Counted from the stretch's first letter, positions 1-7,908 are shown. The stretch: DNA of 10,568 bases from Oligoflexia bacterium (GCA_043732485.1 JAYTHP010000179.1:1-10568); one strand, 5' to 3'. Notes: generated from the letters alone by a model not told the origin. Made by a program: numbers and translations.

Positions 1-501
1 ATAAAGTCGACCGATCCAGTCAGTCTTTGAGGTAACGTTTTTTGACCTAGTTTTGAAGTTCCGCAAAAATCGAATCGTTTCTTCGCTCTTGCAGTATGGC
101 TGGCGTTACCTACTCCCATACTACCGACAAGTACTGGAATCTTAATCACAAACTAGAGCCTATAGGGCTTGGTATAGGTTTGACCCAGCTTTTGAAAGTA
201 GGGGTTCCCTAAGGGCCAAAAACAATACCCGACTAGCTTAGTAAAAAATTAACGCCCCTCTTTTTAGTTCTCACGCGGAACCGCCTCAAAGCTTCTATTT
301 CGACAGCCTAGAGCCTTCCTACCAGTCAGCTTCTGATTTGGAGGGACTATCGGTACAGGGGTGCGCTTTTTTTTTGGTTTGGTGAAAAACCGACTTTTGG
401 GCGCTCCTGCTTTTTTTTCTTTGTCTTGCTCTCTTTTAGGGTGCCTCGAGCCCCGGGGATACCGCAAAAAGCTATTGGGGTGTCAATCTCAAGAGCATGA
501 C

Positions 502-1287
502 TCAAAAACTCCAGCCTAAGCGCACGAGATGCAGGCTGGGGAGCGGATAATGGGCAAAATAGGTCAGCGCATCGCGTGACGCTTGCACCAGACTATCGCC
601 TGCTGGGGTGGCGGGTTGCATGCTGATCGACCCTGACGCCGCGCAGGGAAAGTTAAGCCCGAGATCAAAGCCTAGAAAAAAATGCTCACTCAACTGCCAC
701 ATCGCACCCAAGCCCACCCCAAGATACAGGCTTTCTAGGCGCAATTGGCTGTTAATGGGGCCTGCCCCTTGCGCTAGTGAGCCTAAAGAGAGCTTGGCTT
801 GCCACTGGATCAGCTGGTAGCCGAGCTGAGCAGAGAGAAAAAAAGCATTGGCAAACGGATGATAGTGACCCGCCAGCTCGATTTGCCCGGCACTGAAGGT
901 GCCTTTAGGGCCCAGCGGCACAGGCAGGTAGCCTGCCGCGGCTAAGACACTCCAGGAGGGGGTGAGTTGCGATTGCAAGCCCAGGGTAGCCGGAATGGGT
1001 AAGCCTAAGTTGAGTAGGACTTGCCAGGGCGGCCAGTCTTGGGCGGTCGGTGTCGGCGTCGCTGGGAGTGGGGAGGGAAAGCTGGTCAGCGGGGGAGTGG
1101 GAGTCAGCGTGGGAGTCGGCTGAGCGTGAGACTGAGCCTGCAAGAAGACGGCGGGGGTGGATTGGGAGGAGAGGAAGGAGGCGTCACTTGTCGTGGCTGA
1201 GACGGCGGGCGTGGCAAGTCCACTGGCACCAAGCAGAGTGATGAAAATCAGAATTATTGCAGATAAATAGGATTGGAAATCAGCCAT
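502..1287 (-). CDS. Putative outer-membrane beta-barrel protein with signal peptide and Pro/Thr-rich linker
   Basis: 261-aa ORF. It has a hydrophobic N-terminus ending in AVSA (likely SPase I site) and a P/T-rich linker at aa 57-81. Amphipathic strands follow (FFLSAQLGYQ, LYLGVGLGAMWQ, FFLGFDLGLNF), and the C-terminus ...LVRLGWSF has the terminal Phe typical of BAM substrates. Confidence 0.7.
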   Translation of the reverse strand: MADFQSYLSAIILIFITLLGASGLATPAVSATTSDASFLSSQSTPAVFLQAQSHAQPTPTLTPTPPLTSFPSPLPATPTPTAQDWPPWQVLLNLGLPIPATLGLQSQLTPSWSVLAAAGYLPVPLGPKGTFSAGQIELAGHYHPFANAFFLSAQLGYQLIQWQAKLSLGSLAQGAGPINSQLRLESLYLGVGLGAMWQLSEHFFLGFDLGLNFPCAASGSISMQPATPAGDSLVQASRDALTYFAHYPLPSLHLVRLGWSF

Positions 1288-2822
1288 GGAAATTCCTCTG
1301 CAGCCAGTGATTTTTTATAAGCCAAGAAGGGCATGAGATGGAGCGGAATGATGTCAAACTCCACGCGGTAGGCGCCCGCCTGAGTGACCTTGAATTGTAA
1401 GCTTTGGGTGGCGTTCTGGCCGCTTAAGACAATCTCTTGTTGTCCTTGGCCATCAAAAGCAATCCTGAGCAGGCGGAAGTTGACCTGCGGCGCGCGGGAG
1501 GACACGTAACCTGGAGAATCGGGGTGTAAAGAAGGGGGGGTGACGGTGAGCAGGGTCTCCCCTGGGATCAGCGCGAGCGATCCTCCCATTTCTGTGGTGG
1601 TGTGGACGTCGAGCGGATTGCTGGCGAAGAAATCCTCGCCTTGCGGGGTTCCTAAGCCTTCAAAAACCGCCCATCCCTGGCCTGCGGCGACTGCGGCCTT
1701 GAGGGTTGCAAGCGGAAAGGCCCCATCGAGCGGGGGTAAGAGCGTGTGGTTCAGGATCCAGCGGGTGAGTCTGCGGTGGGAGTCGACGCGCTCGTCATCG
1801 CTTGCGAGCCCTGAGAAGAAGTTTTGATGCGAGTCGTTGCCCGCTAGTCCGACAATTTTTTGCCCCTGCGAGAGTAAGGCATCCCATTTTTGCGAGTAAA
1901 CGGGGCTTCGCTTGAGGAAGGGCAAAAAAGCCAGGTCGGGTAGATGCCGACGAAAGGGATCAAACCAGTAAGGGGCAAGATCCGCTAAGCCTGAAAAGTG
2001 ATCAAAACCCAAAAATTGGGTTCTCATTTCGGGATGAATGTTGGCGTGGAGGTTGTAAATCTCAATGCCCGTGACTTGCAGTGAGCTTAACAGCTCTAAG
2101 CTGCGGCTTTCGGTATGGGGAATAAAAACGAGGGCAGCAGTTTCTTGTTGCAACCGCGCCACTAAGGCCGGTGAGACTGTGGTGTAAAGCTCAAGATTAG
2201 CTTGAAAGTCGGCGCTAAGATGATTTTCCATGGCAAGCGGCATGAGCTGATCTTCATATCCTGCCATTACCCGGACGGAATGTCCGTTGGCGCAGTCAAA
2301 GTGATTGCCAATCACCTGCCCTGCGGCGTTTGCTAGGCTGAGGTCTTGCGGATCATGCAAGTGTAACTGATTAAACGGGGTGGTGGCCATGTGGCGGGGG
2401 TGATCGCTTAAGAGGGCAAAATCAATGCGATTTTGGCATAAAGCATCACGTAAGTCTTGTCGGCAATGGGTGTTCCCCGTATCGCAGGCGTCGTAGGAGA
2501 GTTCAGAGTGCAGGTGAGTGATCAAGCGATAGGTGGTCAAACCGCGCCGGAGCTTGAGCAGTTTCAAGTCAGGCAGGGTTTTATTCCAAGCCTGCCCTTG
2601 ACAGCCGGCAAGCAACAACGGCAGAAAAACCACCCGCGGTAACCAAGTTAACCAGGAAAAAAACCAACAAGGGGTCTGACCACCGCCGTTGCCAACACTT
2701 GCGTGAGAGTCGCGGGGTCGGTGGGAAGCGTCGGGTCGCAGGGAGCGGTTTTTGAGGGGTTGGGTGTCGTGGCAGGTCATGATGTTGAGTGCAAAAGGGT
2801 TGAGTTTGCGCGGCTCACTCAT
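1254..2822 (-). CDS. PHP-domain (CehA/McbA-like) metallohydrolase, probable lipoprotein; true start uncertain
   Basis: 522-aa ORF with PHP metal-ligand motifs in canonical order: HLHSELSYD (HxH), LSDH, IPH, EIYN, GNDSH. The lipobox LLLAGC has its Cys at 2603-2601. The C-terminal beta-rich segment reads GAYRVEF...PWLISNPIY. It overlaps the downstream gene by 34 bp. Confidence 0.8.
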   Translation of the reverse strand: MSEPRKLNPFALNIMTCHDTQPLKNRSLRPDASHRPRDSHASVGNGGGQTPCWFFSWLTWLPRVVFLPLLLAGCQGQAWNKTLPDLKLLKLRRGLTTYRLITHLHSELSYDACDTGNTHCRQDLRDALCQNRIDFALLSDHPRHMATTPFNQLHLHDPQDLSLANAAGQVIGNHFDCANGHSVRVMAGYEDQLMPLAMENHLSADFQANLELYTTVSPALVARLQQETAALVFIPHTESRSLELLSSLQVTGIEIYNLHANIHPEMRTQFLGFDHFSGLADLAPYWFDPFRRHLPDLAFLPFLKRSPVYSQKWDALLSQGQKIVGLAGNDSHQNFFSGLASDDERVDSHRRLTRWILNHTLLPPLDGAFPLATLKAAVAAGQGWAVFEGLGTPQGEDFFASNPLDVHTTTEMGGSLALIPGETLLTVTPPSLHPDSPGYVSSRAPQVNFRLLRIAFDGQGQQEIVLSGQNATQSLQFKVTQAGAYRVEFDIIPLHLMPFLAYKKSLAAEEFPWLISNPIYLQ

Positions 2823-2961
2823 TTTTTGCGGAAGTCTTTTTTGTTGAATTCAGTGATAACCGGAGTGGGGGAAAAGAGCGAGCACTATTTTGTGAGCCGC
2901 CAGGACTCAAGCGGGGGCGGTAGGCGGTTGCCTGCGGCTTGAAAAGTGCTGAAGGCGTAAA

Positions 2962-3843
2962 ATGCGCTTGTTATTTGGCAGGCTCTTTTCTAGTGTCAAA
3001 AGTATGGGGTCGGATCCATTCGCTCACACCTTAGCAGTCGGTGGTCAAGTGCGCCAGCTTTCAGTGGCGGCGCCGGCTTTTAATGAAGCCCTAGGGATTG
3101 AAAAAGAAGTCTCAAGCTGGCTGGATTATTTAGCAGCTTGCCCATTTCTTGAGCAATTTGAAGTGATTATTTGTGATGATGGCAGCCAGGATCAGACCGT
3201 ACCAATACTCACCCGTCTGGCGCACGCTCGTCCTGAGCTGAAAGTCGTGCGCCACCTGCAAAACCAGGGGGCCGCAGCGGCACTGGCCACGGCCATTGCA
3301 AGCACCCAGTACGAGTGGGTTTTGCTCAACGATTGCGATGGCCAGTTTGCCATTGAAGACTTGGCTAAGCTGGTAGCGGCGATCGAGGGCAACCGCTCAA
3401 GGCTACTAGCGGCTGAGGTGCGAGCTGCGAGCGGCATAAGGCTGCAAAAGAGTGATCAGCGCTTTTACCGTGCCGGGAGCTGGCTCAGTGGGGCGGTGTG
3501 TAATTTTATTTTTGGGGTGGCTTACCGCGACTTTAATTGTGCTTTCAAGCTGATTGAGGGCCGCTTGCTGCGCTCGTTGTGTTTGGAGACCAGAGGCATG
3601 AATTACTCCACTGAGGTGACCGCCAAGCTATTGGAGCGAGGCGTGGTGCAAGCCGAGGTGGTCTTGACCTCGCGCCTGATGATGACACCCGTTACATCAG
3701 GGCCAGGCCGCAGCCCGCGGCCGCATCTCAAGCGGGCCTGGGGCAGGGCACTTTTTGTCTTTTACTTGCTGGTGCGCCGCCTTCTGCTCAAGCACGAGGT
3801 GATTAGGCCTTGTGGGACGGGCAGGGCACTTGTTGAGGAATAG
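2962..3843 (+). CDS. Glycosyltransferase family 2, Dpm1/GtrB-like (polyprenol-phosphate glycosyltransferase type); start may be ATG 3004
   Basis: Motifs PAFNE, CDDGSQD, NQG, NDCDGQF (DxD), DFNCAFKL, and a C-terminal amphipathic/hydrophobic helix. Confidence 0.9.
   Translation: MRLLFGRLFSSVKSMGSDPFAHTLAVGGQVRQLSVAAPAFNEALGIEKEVSSWLDYLAACPFLEQFEVIICDDGSQDQTVPILTRLAHARPELKVVRHLQNQGAAAALATAIASTQYEWVLLNDCDGQFAIEDLAKLVAAIEGNRSRLLAAEVRAASGIRLQKSDQRFYRAGSWLSGAVCNFIFGVAYRDFNCAFKLIEGRLLRSLCLETRGMNYSTEVTAKLLERGVVQAEVVLTSRLMMTPVTSGPGRSPRPHLKRAWGRALFVFYLLVRRLLLKHEVIRPCGTGRALVEE
2968..2996 (+). promoter_or_regulatory. Candidate sigma70 promoter for the sugar cluster
   Basis: TTGTTA (2968-2973), a 17-nt spacer, then TAGTGT (2991-2996). 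The predicted +1 falls at about 3003-3004, on the in-frame ATG at 3004. Confidence 0.3.
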
Positions 3844-5836
3844 AGCCGCTGAGGCGGCGTTGTCGGCAGGCGCTGCGTCACTCAAGGTGACGCTGTTTTG
3901 CGGTGGGCGGGGCAGCGCTGCGGTGATCCGGGAATTTCTTAGGCGCGATTACATCGATTTGACGCTCCTGGTAAATGCCTATGATGATGGGTTGTCCACA
4001 GGCTTGCTGCGCGATTTGATCCCAGGGCTGCTCGGGCCTTCAGATTTTCGTAAGAATTTAGCCCATTTAATTGAGTTTCATTCCTTGCATCAATACGCCA
4101 TTGCCGCTCTCTTAGAGCTGCGGCTACCGGATTCCACGACTGTTGCTGAGGAGTTAGGTCAGCTTGAGGCGTTTGCGCGTGGCAGGCTAGAGTTACGAAA
4201 AATGCCAGGCTACTTGCGGGAGCTTTTTCAGGCGATTGATCCCCTGATGGGCGAGCATCTCAAGCATTACCTGGTCTCTTTTTTTGATTTCTATCACCAA
4301 AGCGGGCGCAACTTTGATTTTCGTGATTGCTCGTTGGGTAATCTCATTTTTGCGGGAGCTTTTTTACAGCATGGACAGACCTTCAATCAAGCGGTGGTGG
4401 AGTTATCGCGCTTGTTGCAAACCCGGGCGCATTTGATTGATGTGACGGAAGGGGGGAATCGGGTTTTAGCGGCCTTAAAAGCAAACGGTGAGGTGCTGGA
4501 GTGTGAAGCGAAAATTGTCGCTCCGCAAAGCCCGTCACCGATCATCGGCTTGTATTTATTAGAAAAAAAACTCACAGCTTCAGAGCTTGCAGTCTTAGCG
4601 GGGCTTGAGCTTGCACAAAAGAAAGCCTCCTTGGAGGCGCTGGATCGCCCGGATCGGCTGTCGGCCAGGGCGCGGGCGGCGATTTTGGCCTCCGATTTGG
4701 TGGTGTATGGAGCCGGCACGCAGCATTCTTCGCTTTTCCCTAGTTACCGGACGATCGGGCTACGGGAGGCGCTGGAGCAAAGTCCGGCGAGACTGAAAGC
4801 CTTTATGGCGAATCTGCAAGAGGATCACGACATTCAGGGGCTGGGGGTGCAAGCAGTCGTCGAGCGCGCCTTAGGTTATCTCGGTGACACGACGCAGGAG
4901 CAGCAGTTGATCACGCATGTCTTCACGTCACCCGGCGGTTTGCCTGCCGATCAAGCGGGCTGGCTGTCTGGTCACGGGGCGCCTGATACTTTCCCTTCTC
5001 CTTTTTCTTCTTGGATCTGGCGGCCTGCTCAGATTGCCAACCCCACGCATCCTGAGTTTCACTCAGGCGAGCGGGTGGTGAGTCTCCTGCTTGATGAGTG
5101 GAATGACTTGCAAGGGGGCGAACGCAAGTCGGGGCGTGAGCTCACGATTTATATTGATTTGCACCAACGGTCGATGGCGCTGCGGCAATTGATTGATGAG
5201 TTCCTAGAAATTCCCTGGCAAACCCACTTCTCGCGCACCCGTCTGATTGTCAATCACGCCAAGGTCGCACCGCAAGTCTGGCCCAACGGCTTGAGTCTTG
5301 AGAGTGCCCAAGAAGAGCGGCTTTTTTCTGATGTGGGGGTCTTTCGCAGGTGGCTTGAGCAGGGCGACAGTCCCTATTTAGTCACGCTCACGGGCGATGG
5401 CGCCTACCATTTGCGGGACATCTTAAAAAGTATCACGTTCATGCGCCAGGGGTATTTCGGGGCGGTGTTTGGCTCGCGTAACCAGAGTCGTAGGCAACGC
5501 AGGCAATCGCTCCAGGCAGCTTACGGCGAGGCGGGCTATTTGCATGTGCTGGGGGCCTTCGCAGGCGTGCTCTCGACGCTTGCCTTTTGGTTGCGCTTTG
5601 ATTTAATTTTCTCTGACCCGTTTACGGGCTTTCGGGTGTACAGTCGAGCGCACTTAAGCGGGCTGAAGCTCGCGCCAGCGAGGAGGGAGTCCTCCTCGCT
5701 GCTCACGCGCGCCTTGCTCGCCCACGGCGTGACAATCATCGAATTGCCGATCAATTACACCACTTTTCAGGGGTTTACCCAGCTGGGTTGGCGCATCAAG
5801 CGAGGGATCATCAATATGATCACCATTTTTGGTTAG
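3812..5836 (+). CDS. Fusion protein: CofD/YvcK (UPF0052) family domain plus degenerate C-terminal GT2-like domain
   Basis: The N-domain has FCGGRG, NAYDDGLSTG, GPSDFRKN, SLGNL, GAGTQHSSLFPS and a terminal FHSG, matching the CofD/YvcK signatures GGxG, DDGxSxG, GNL and GPGS..TS. The C-domain (from ~5138) has TGDGAY, VFGSR, SDPFTGFRVY and ELPINY, typical of Dpm1-like GT2. The exact start (GTG 3812, TTG 3830/3833 or GTG 3887) is uncertain. Confidence 0.85.
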   Translation: MGRAGHLLRNRAAEAALSAGAASLKVTLFCGGRGSAAVIREFLRRDYIDLTLLVNAYDDGLSTGLLRDLIPGLLGPSDFRKNLAHLIEFHSLHQYAIAALLELRLPDSTTVAEELGQLEAFARGRLELRKMPGYLRELFQAIDPLMGEHLKHYLVSFFDFYHQSGRNFDFRDCSLGNLIFAGAFLQHGQTFNQAVVELSRLLQTRAHLIDVTEGGNRVLAALKANGEVLECEAKIVAPQSPSPIIGLYLLEKKLTASELAVLAGLELAQKKASLEALDRPDRLSARARAAILASDLVVYGAGTQHSSLFPSYRTIGLREALEQSPARLKAFMANLQEDHDIQGLGVQAVVERALGYLGDTTQEQQLITHVFTSPGGLPADQAGWLSGHGAPDTFPSPFSSWIWRPAQIANPTHPEFHSGERVVSLLLDEWNDLQGGERKSGRELTIYIDLHQRSMALRQLIDEFLEIPWQTHFSRTRLIVNHAKVAPQVWPNGLSLESAQEERLFSDVGVFRRWLEQGDSPYLVTLTGDGAYHLRDILKSITFMRQGYFGAVFGSRNQSRRQRRQSLQAAYGEAGYLHVLGAFAGVLSTLAFWLRFDLIFSDPFTGFRVYSRAHLSGLKLAPARRESSSLLTRALLAHGVTIIELPINYTTFQGFTQLGWRIKRGIINMITIFG

Positions 5837-5910
5837 CAGTGTGGCAGCTGAAGCAGCAAGAGGAGTAGCAGGAGTCTCCAAGAGGAGCAACACGAGGGGG
5901 GGTAAGTCCA

Positions 5911-6801
5911 ATGTCCCTGAGCGCTAAGCCAAATTCAGAGCCGCAGCCAGGTATTTGTGTGGTGATTCCGGCAGCGGGTCATGGCAAGCGGCTAGGCAGC
6001 CGGCTGCCTAAGGTGTTTACGGTGATTGCGGCGGTAGATAGCCACCGCGAGGTCGTGGTTTTGGATCTCTTACTTGCGCAGTTGCCAGTAGACGAGGCCA
6101 TTGCCCAGGTGATTTTGATTCTCTCACCGGCAGGTCAGGCTCATTTTGCCACGTACCAGGCGCCAGCCTATTGGCAAAAAAAAATCGAAGTCGTCGTGCA
6201 AGTGGAGCAAACAGGCACCGGCGACGCGGTGTTTTGTGCGGCAGCAAGCTGGGAGAGGTGGACGCACCTGCTTGTGATCTGGGGTGATCAAGTGCAGGTG
6301 AAGCGCGAGACGCTCAGGCGTGTGGTGCAAGCCTTGCAGGTCAAAGAAGCCCCGCCTCGACGGTGGGTGCTGCCGTTAGTCTGGGTAAGCAAGCCTTATG
6401 TGCAGTATTGCCTGGCCAATGCAGGTCCTGGCGGTGACTTACCCGCGGCACCGCAGCGCCTAGTGGCAGTGCGCTTATCGCGTGAGGGCGACAGGGTTGA
6501 TCCCTGCGGCTGGTCGGATGTTGGGGTGTTTGGTTTTAAAACGTCGCAGTTAGCCGAGAGTTGGCGCAGGTACGTCGTGAGTCCGCGGCTTGGGGGGGCG
6601 ACCGGGGAAGTGAACTTTTTGTGCTGGCTTGAGTACCTGAGTCAGCTGGCTGAGTCGCCGGTGCAGTGTCTTGAGGTGCAAGATCCGGTGGAGTGTCGGG
6701 GGCTAAATAGCCCGGAGGATTTGCGGTGGTTTCAGGAGTACTGGCAGTTAGCAAGAAAAAATCAGGAGGAGGAGGAGGATGCCTCGTTGCAAATTCCTTG
6801 A
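5911..6801 (+). CDS. Nucleotidyltransferase (NTP_transferase fold, GlmU N-terminal-like, no acetyltransferase domain)
   Basis: Motifs IPAAGHGKRLGSRLPK (GxGxR..PK), QVEQTGTGDAV (GTG.AV), WGDQ, GEVNFL and GLNSPEDL. The ORF ends without hexapeptide repeats. A purine-rich RBS lies upstream. Confidence 0.88.
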   Translation: MSLSAKPNSEPQPGICVVIPAAGHGKRLGSRLPKVFTVIAAVDSHREVVVLDLLLAQLPVDEAIAQVILILSPAGQAHFATYQAPAYWQKKIEVVVQVEQTGTGDAVFCAAASWERWTHLLVIWGDQVQVKRETLRRVVQALQVKEAPPRRWVLPLVWVSKPYVQYCLANAGPGGDLPAAPQRLVAVRLSREGDRVDPCGWSDVGVFGFKTSQLAESWRRYVVSPRLGGATGEVNFLCWLEYLSQLAESPVQCLEVQDPVECRGLNSPEDLRWFQEYWQLARKNQEEEEDASLQIP

Positions 6802-6928
6802 AGGTCTTGCGTGAAGCTCGCGCTAGAAAAATCCTTTGAGAGCAAGTCTTCAGGAAAGCACGACGGTCCTTGCAAAGTCCCCTCCTCAGCCCTGAGGCGT
6901 AACCGTTAGAGAAAGGAAATCTTGCCCT

Positions 6929-7876
6929 ATGAAGCAAGTCGAAGCTGGATCTAAGAGTCACGTGGCCAGTCAGCAGTTGGGTCCGTTGAAGCGGGTGCTT
7001 GTCACAGGCGGCGCCGGGTTTATTGGCAGCCATCTTGTGGCCTCCTTACTCGAGCAGGGCTATGACACTGTACGGGTCTTGGATAACTTCTCGCAAGGCA
7101 AGCGCGCATGGCTCCCGCCCGCAGTCGAAGTGCTTGAGGGTGATATCGTATGCCCTGAGGATTGTGCGCGGGCGTGCAGGGAGGTCGACGGGGTCGTGCA
7201 CTTGGCTGCCATGAGCAAATCGGGGCCATCTTTTGATTTGTTTGAGTTTTGTATGACCCAAAACGCGGTGGGCACGCAAAATATCCTGGCAGCAGCGGTT
7301 GCAGCGGGGGTAAAGAAGCTGGTTTATGCCGCCTCCTCGACCTGTTACGGCAATGCGCCGGCCCCACAACAGGAAACCTCGCCGCTTGAGTTTTTGAACC
7401 CTTACGCGCTGTCCAAGTACGTTGGTGAGCAATCAGCCTTACTCTTTAACCGTATTTATCAGTTGCCGGTCATTTCACTCAGGCTTTTTAATGTCTATGG
7501 ACCAAGACAGCCTGATCAAGGGGCTTATGCCTTAGTCTTAGGGCGTTTTCTCGAGCGGCACAAAAGGGGGCTTGCTTTGCAGATCCACGGTTCAGGTCGC
7601 CAGCAACGCGATTTCATTCATGTGCGGGATGTGGCAAACGCCATGATCCTGGCGCTCGAGAGCCTTGAGCGGGGGCACGTCTTGAATGTCGGCAGTGGCA
7701 GTAACGTCTCGGTGCAAGAGATTGCGGATCTAATTGCGCCTCAGCACCAGGTACGCGAGCCGCGCAGGCTGGGTGACGCCGAAGTCACGCTGGCTGAGAT
7801 CAGCGAGATTCAGAGGGTTTTGGGCTGGGAACCTAGTGTTTCTTTCTCCGAGGGCTTGAAAGAGTTGATGGGGTGA
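6929..7876 (+). CDS. NAD-dependent nucleotide-sugar epimerase/dehydratase (extended SDR, GalE/WbpP-like)
   Basis: Motifs VLVTGGAGFIG (Rossmann), HLAA, ASSTCYG, YALSK (YxxxK), RLFNVYGPRQ and RDFIHVRDVA. AAGGA lies upstream of the ATG. Confidence 0.95.
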   Translation: MKQVEAGSKSHVASQQLGPLKRVLVTGGAGFIGSHLVASLLEQGYDTVRVLDNFSQGKRAWLPPAVEVLEGDIVCPEDCARACREVDGVVHLAAMSKSGPSFDLFEFCMTQNAVGTQNILAAAVAAGVKKLVYAASSTCYGNAPAPQQETSPLEFLNPYALSKYVGEQSALLFNRIYQLPVISLRLFNVYGPRQPDQGAYALVLGRFLERHKRGLALQIHGSGRQQRDFIHVRDVANAMILALESLERGHVLNVGSGSNVSVQEIADLIAPQHQVREPRRLGDAEVTLAEISEIQRVLGWEPSVSFSEGLKELMG

Positions 7877-7908
7877 GTGTCTGAGACTGTCTTTCACTAT
7901 CTGAGACG

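Noticed and set aside
153..316. IS/MITE ends at the CTAGAGCCT copies
   Set aside because: The copies are direct rather than inverted, only 9 bp long, and no transposase is visible.
264..467. 67-aa Lys-rich minus-strand ORF
   Set aside because: Its composition comes from poly-T/poly-A runs, and it has no recognisable motif.
608..2942. Plus-strand ORFs 608-820, 1050-1241, 1540-1827, 2457-2642 and 2703-2942
   Set aside because: They are antisense shadows of well-supported minus-strand genes. The WES repeats of 1050-1241 mirror the Pro/Thr linker.
3812..5100. Calling the gene cofD (F420 synthesis) or housekeeping yvcK
   Set aside because: There are no cofC/E/G/H or rapZ/whiA neighbours in the window, and the domain is longer and fused to GT2. 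Only a family-level call is supported.
5911..6801. Calling the gene glmU, ispD or mobA
   Set aside because: It lacks the GlmU acetyltransferase domain and I see no IspD- or MobA-specific motifs, so the substrate is unknown.
6884..6897. CCTCAG-cc-CTGAGG palindrome before the epimerase
   Set aside because: Six-bp arms with a 2-nt loop and no U-tract are compatible with chance.
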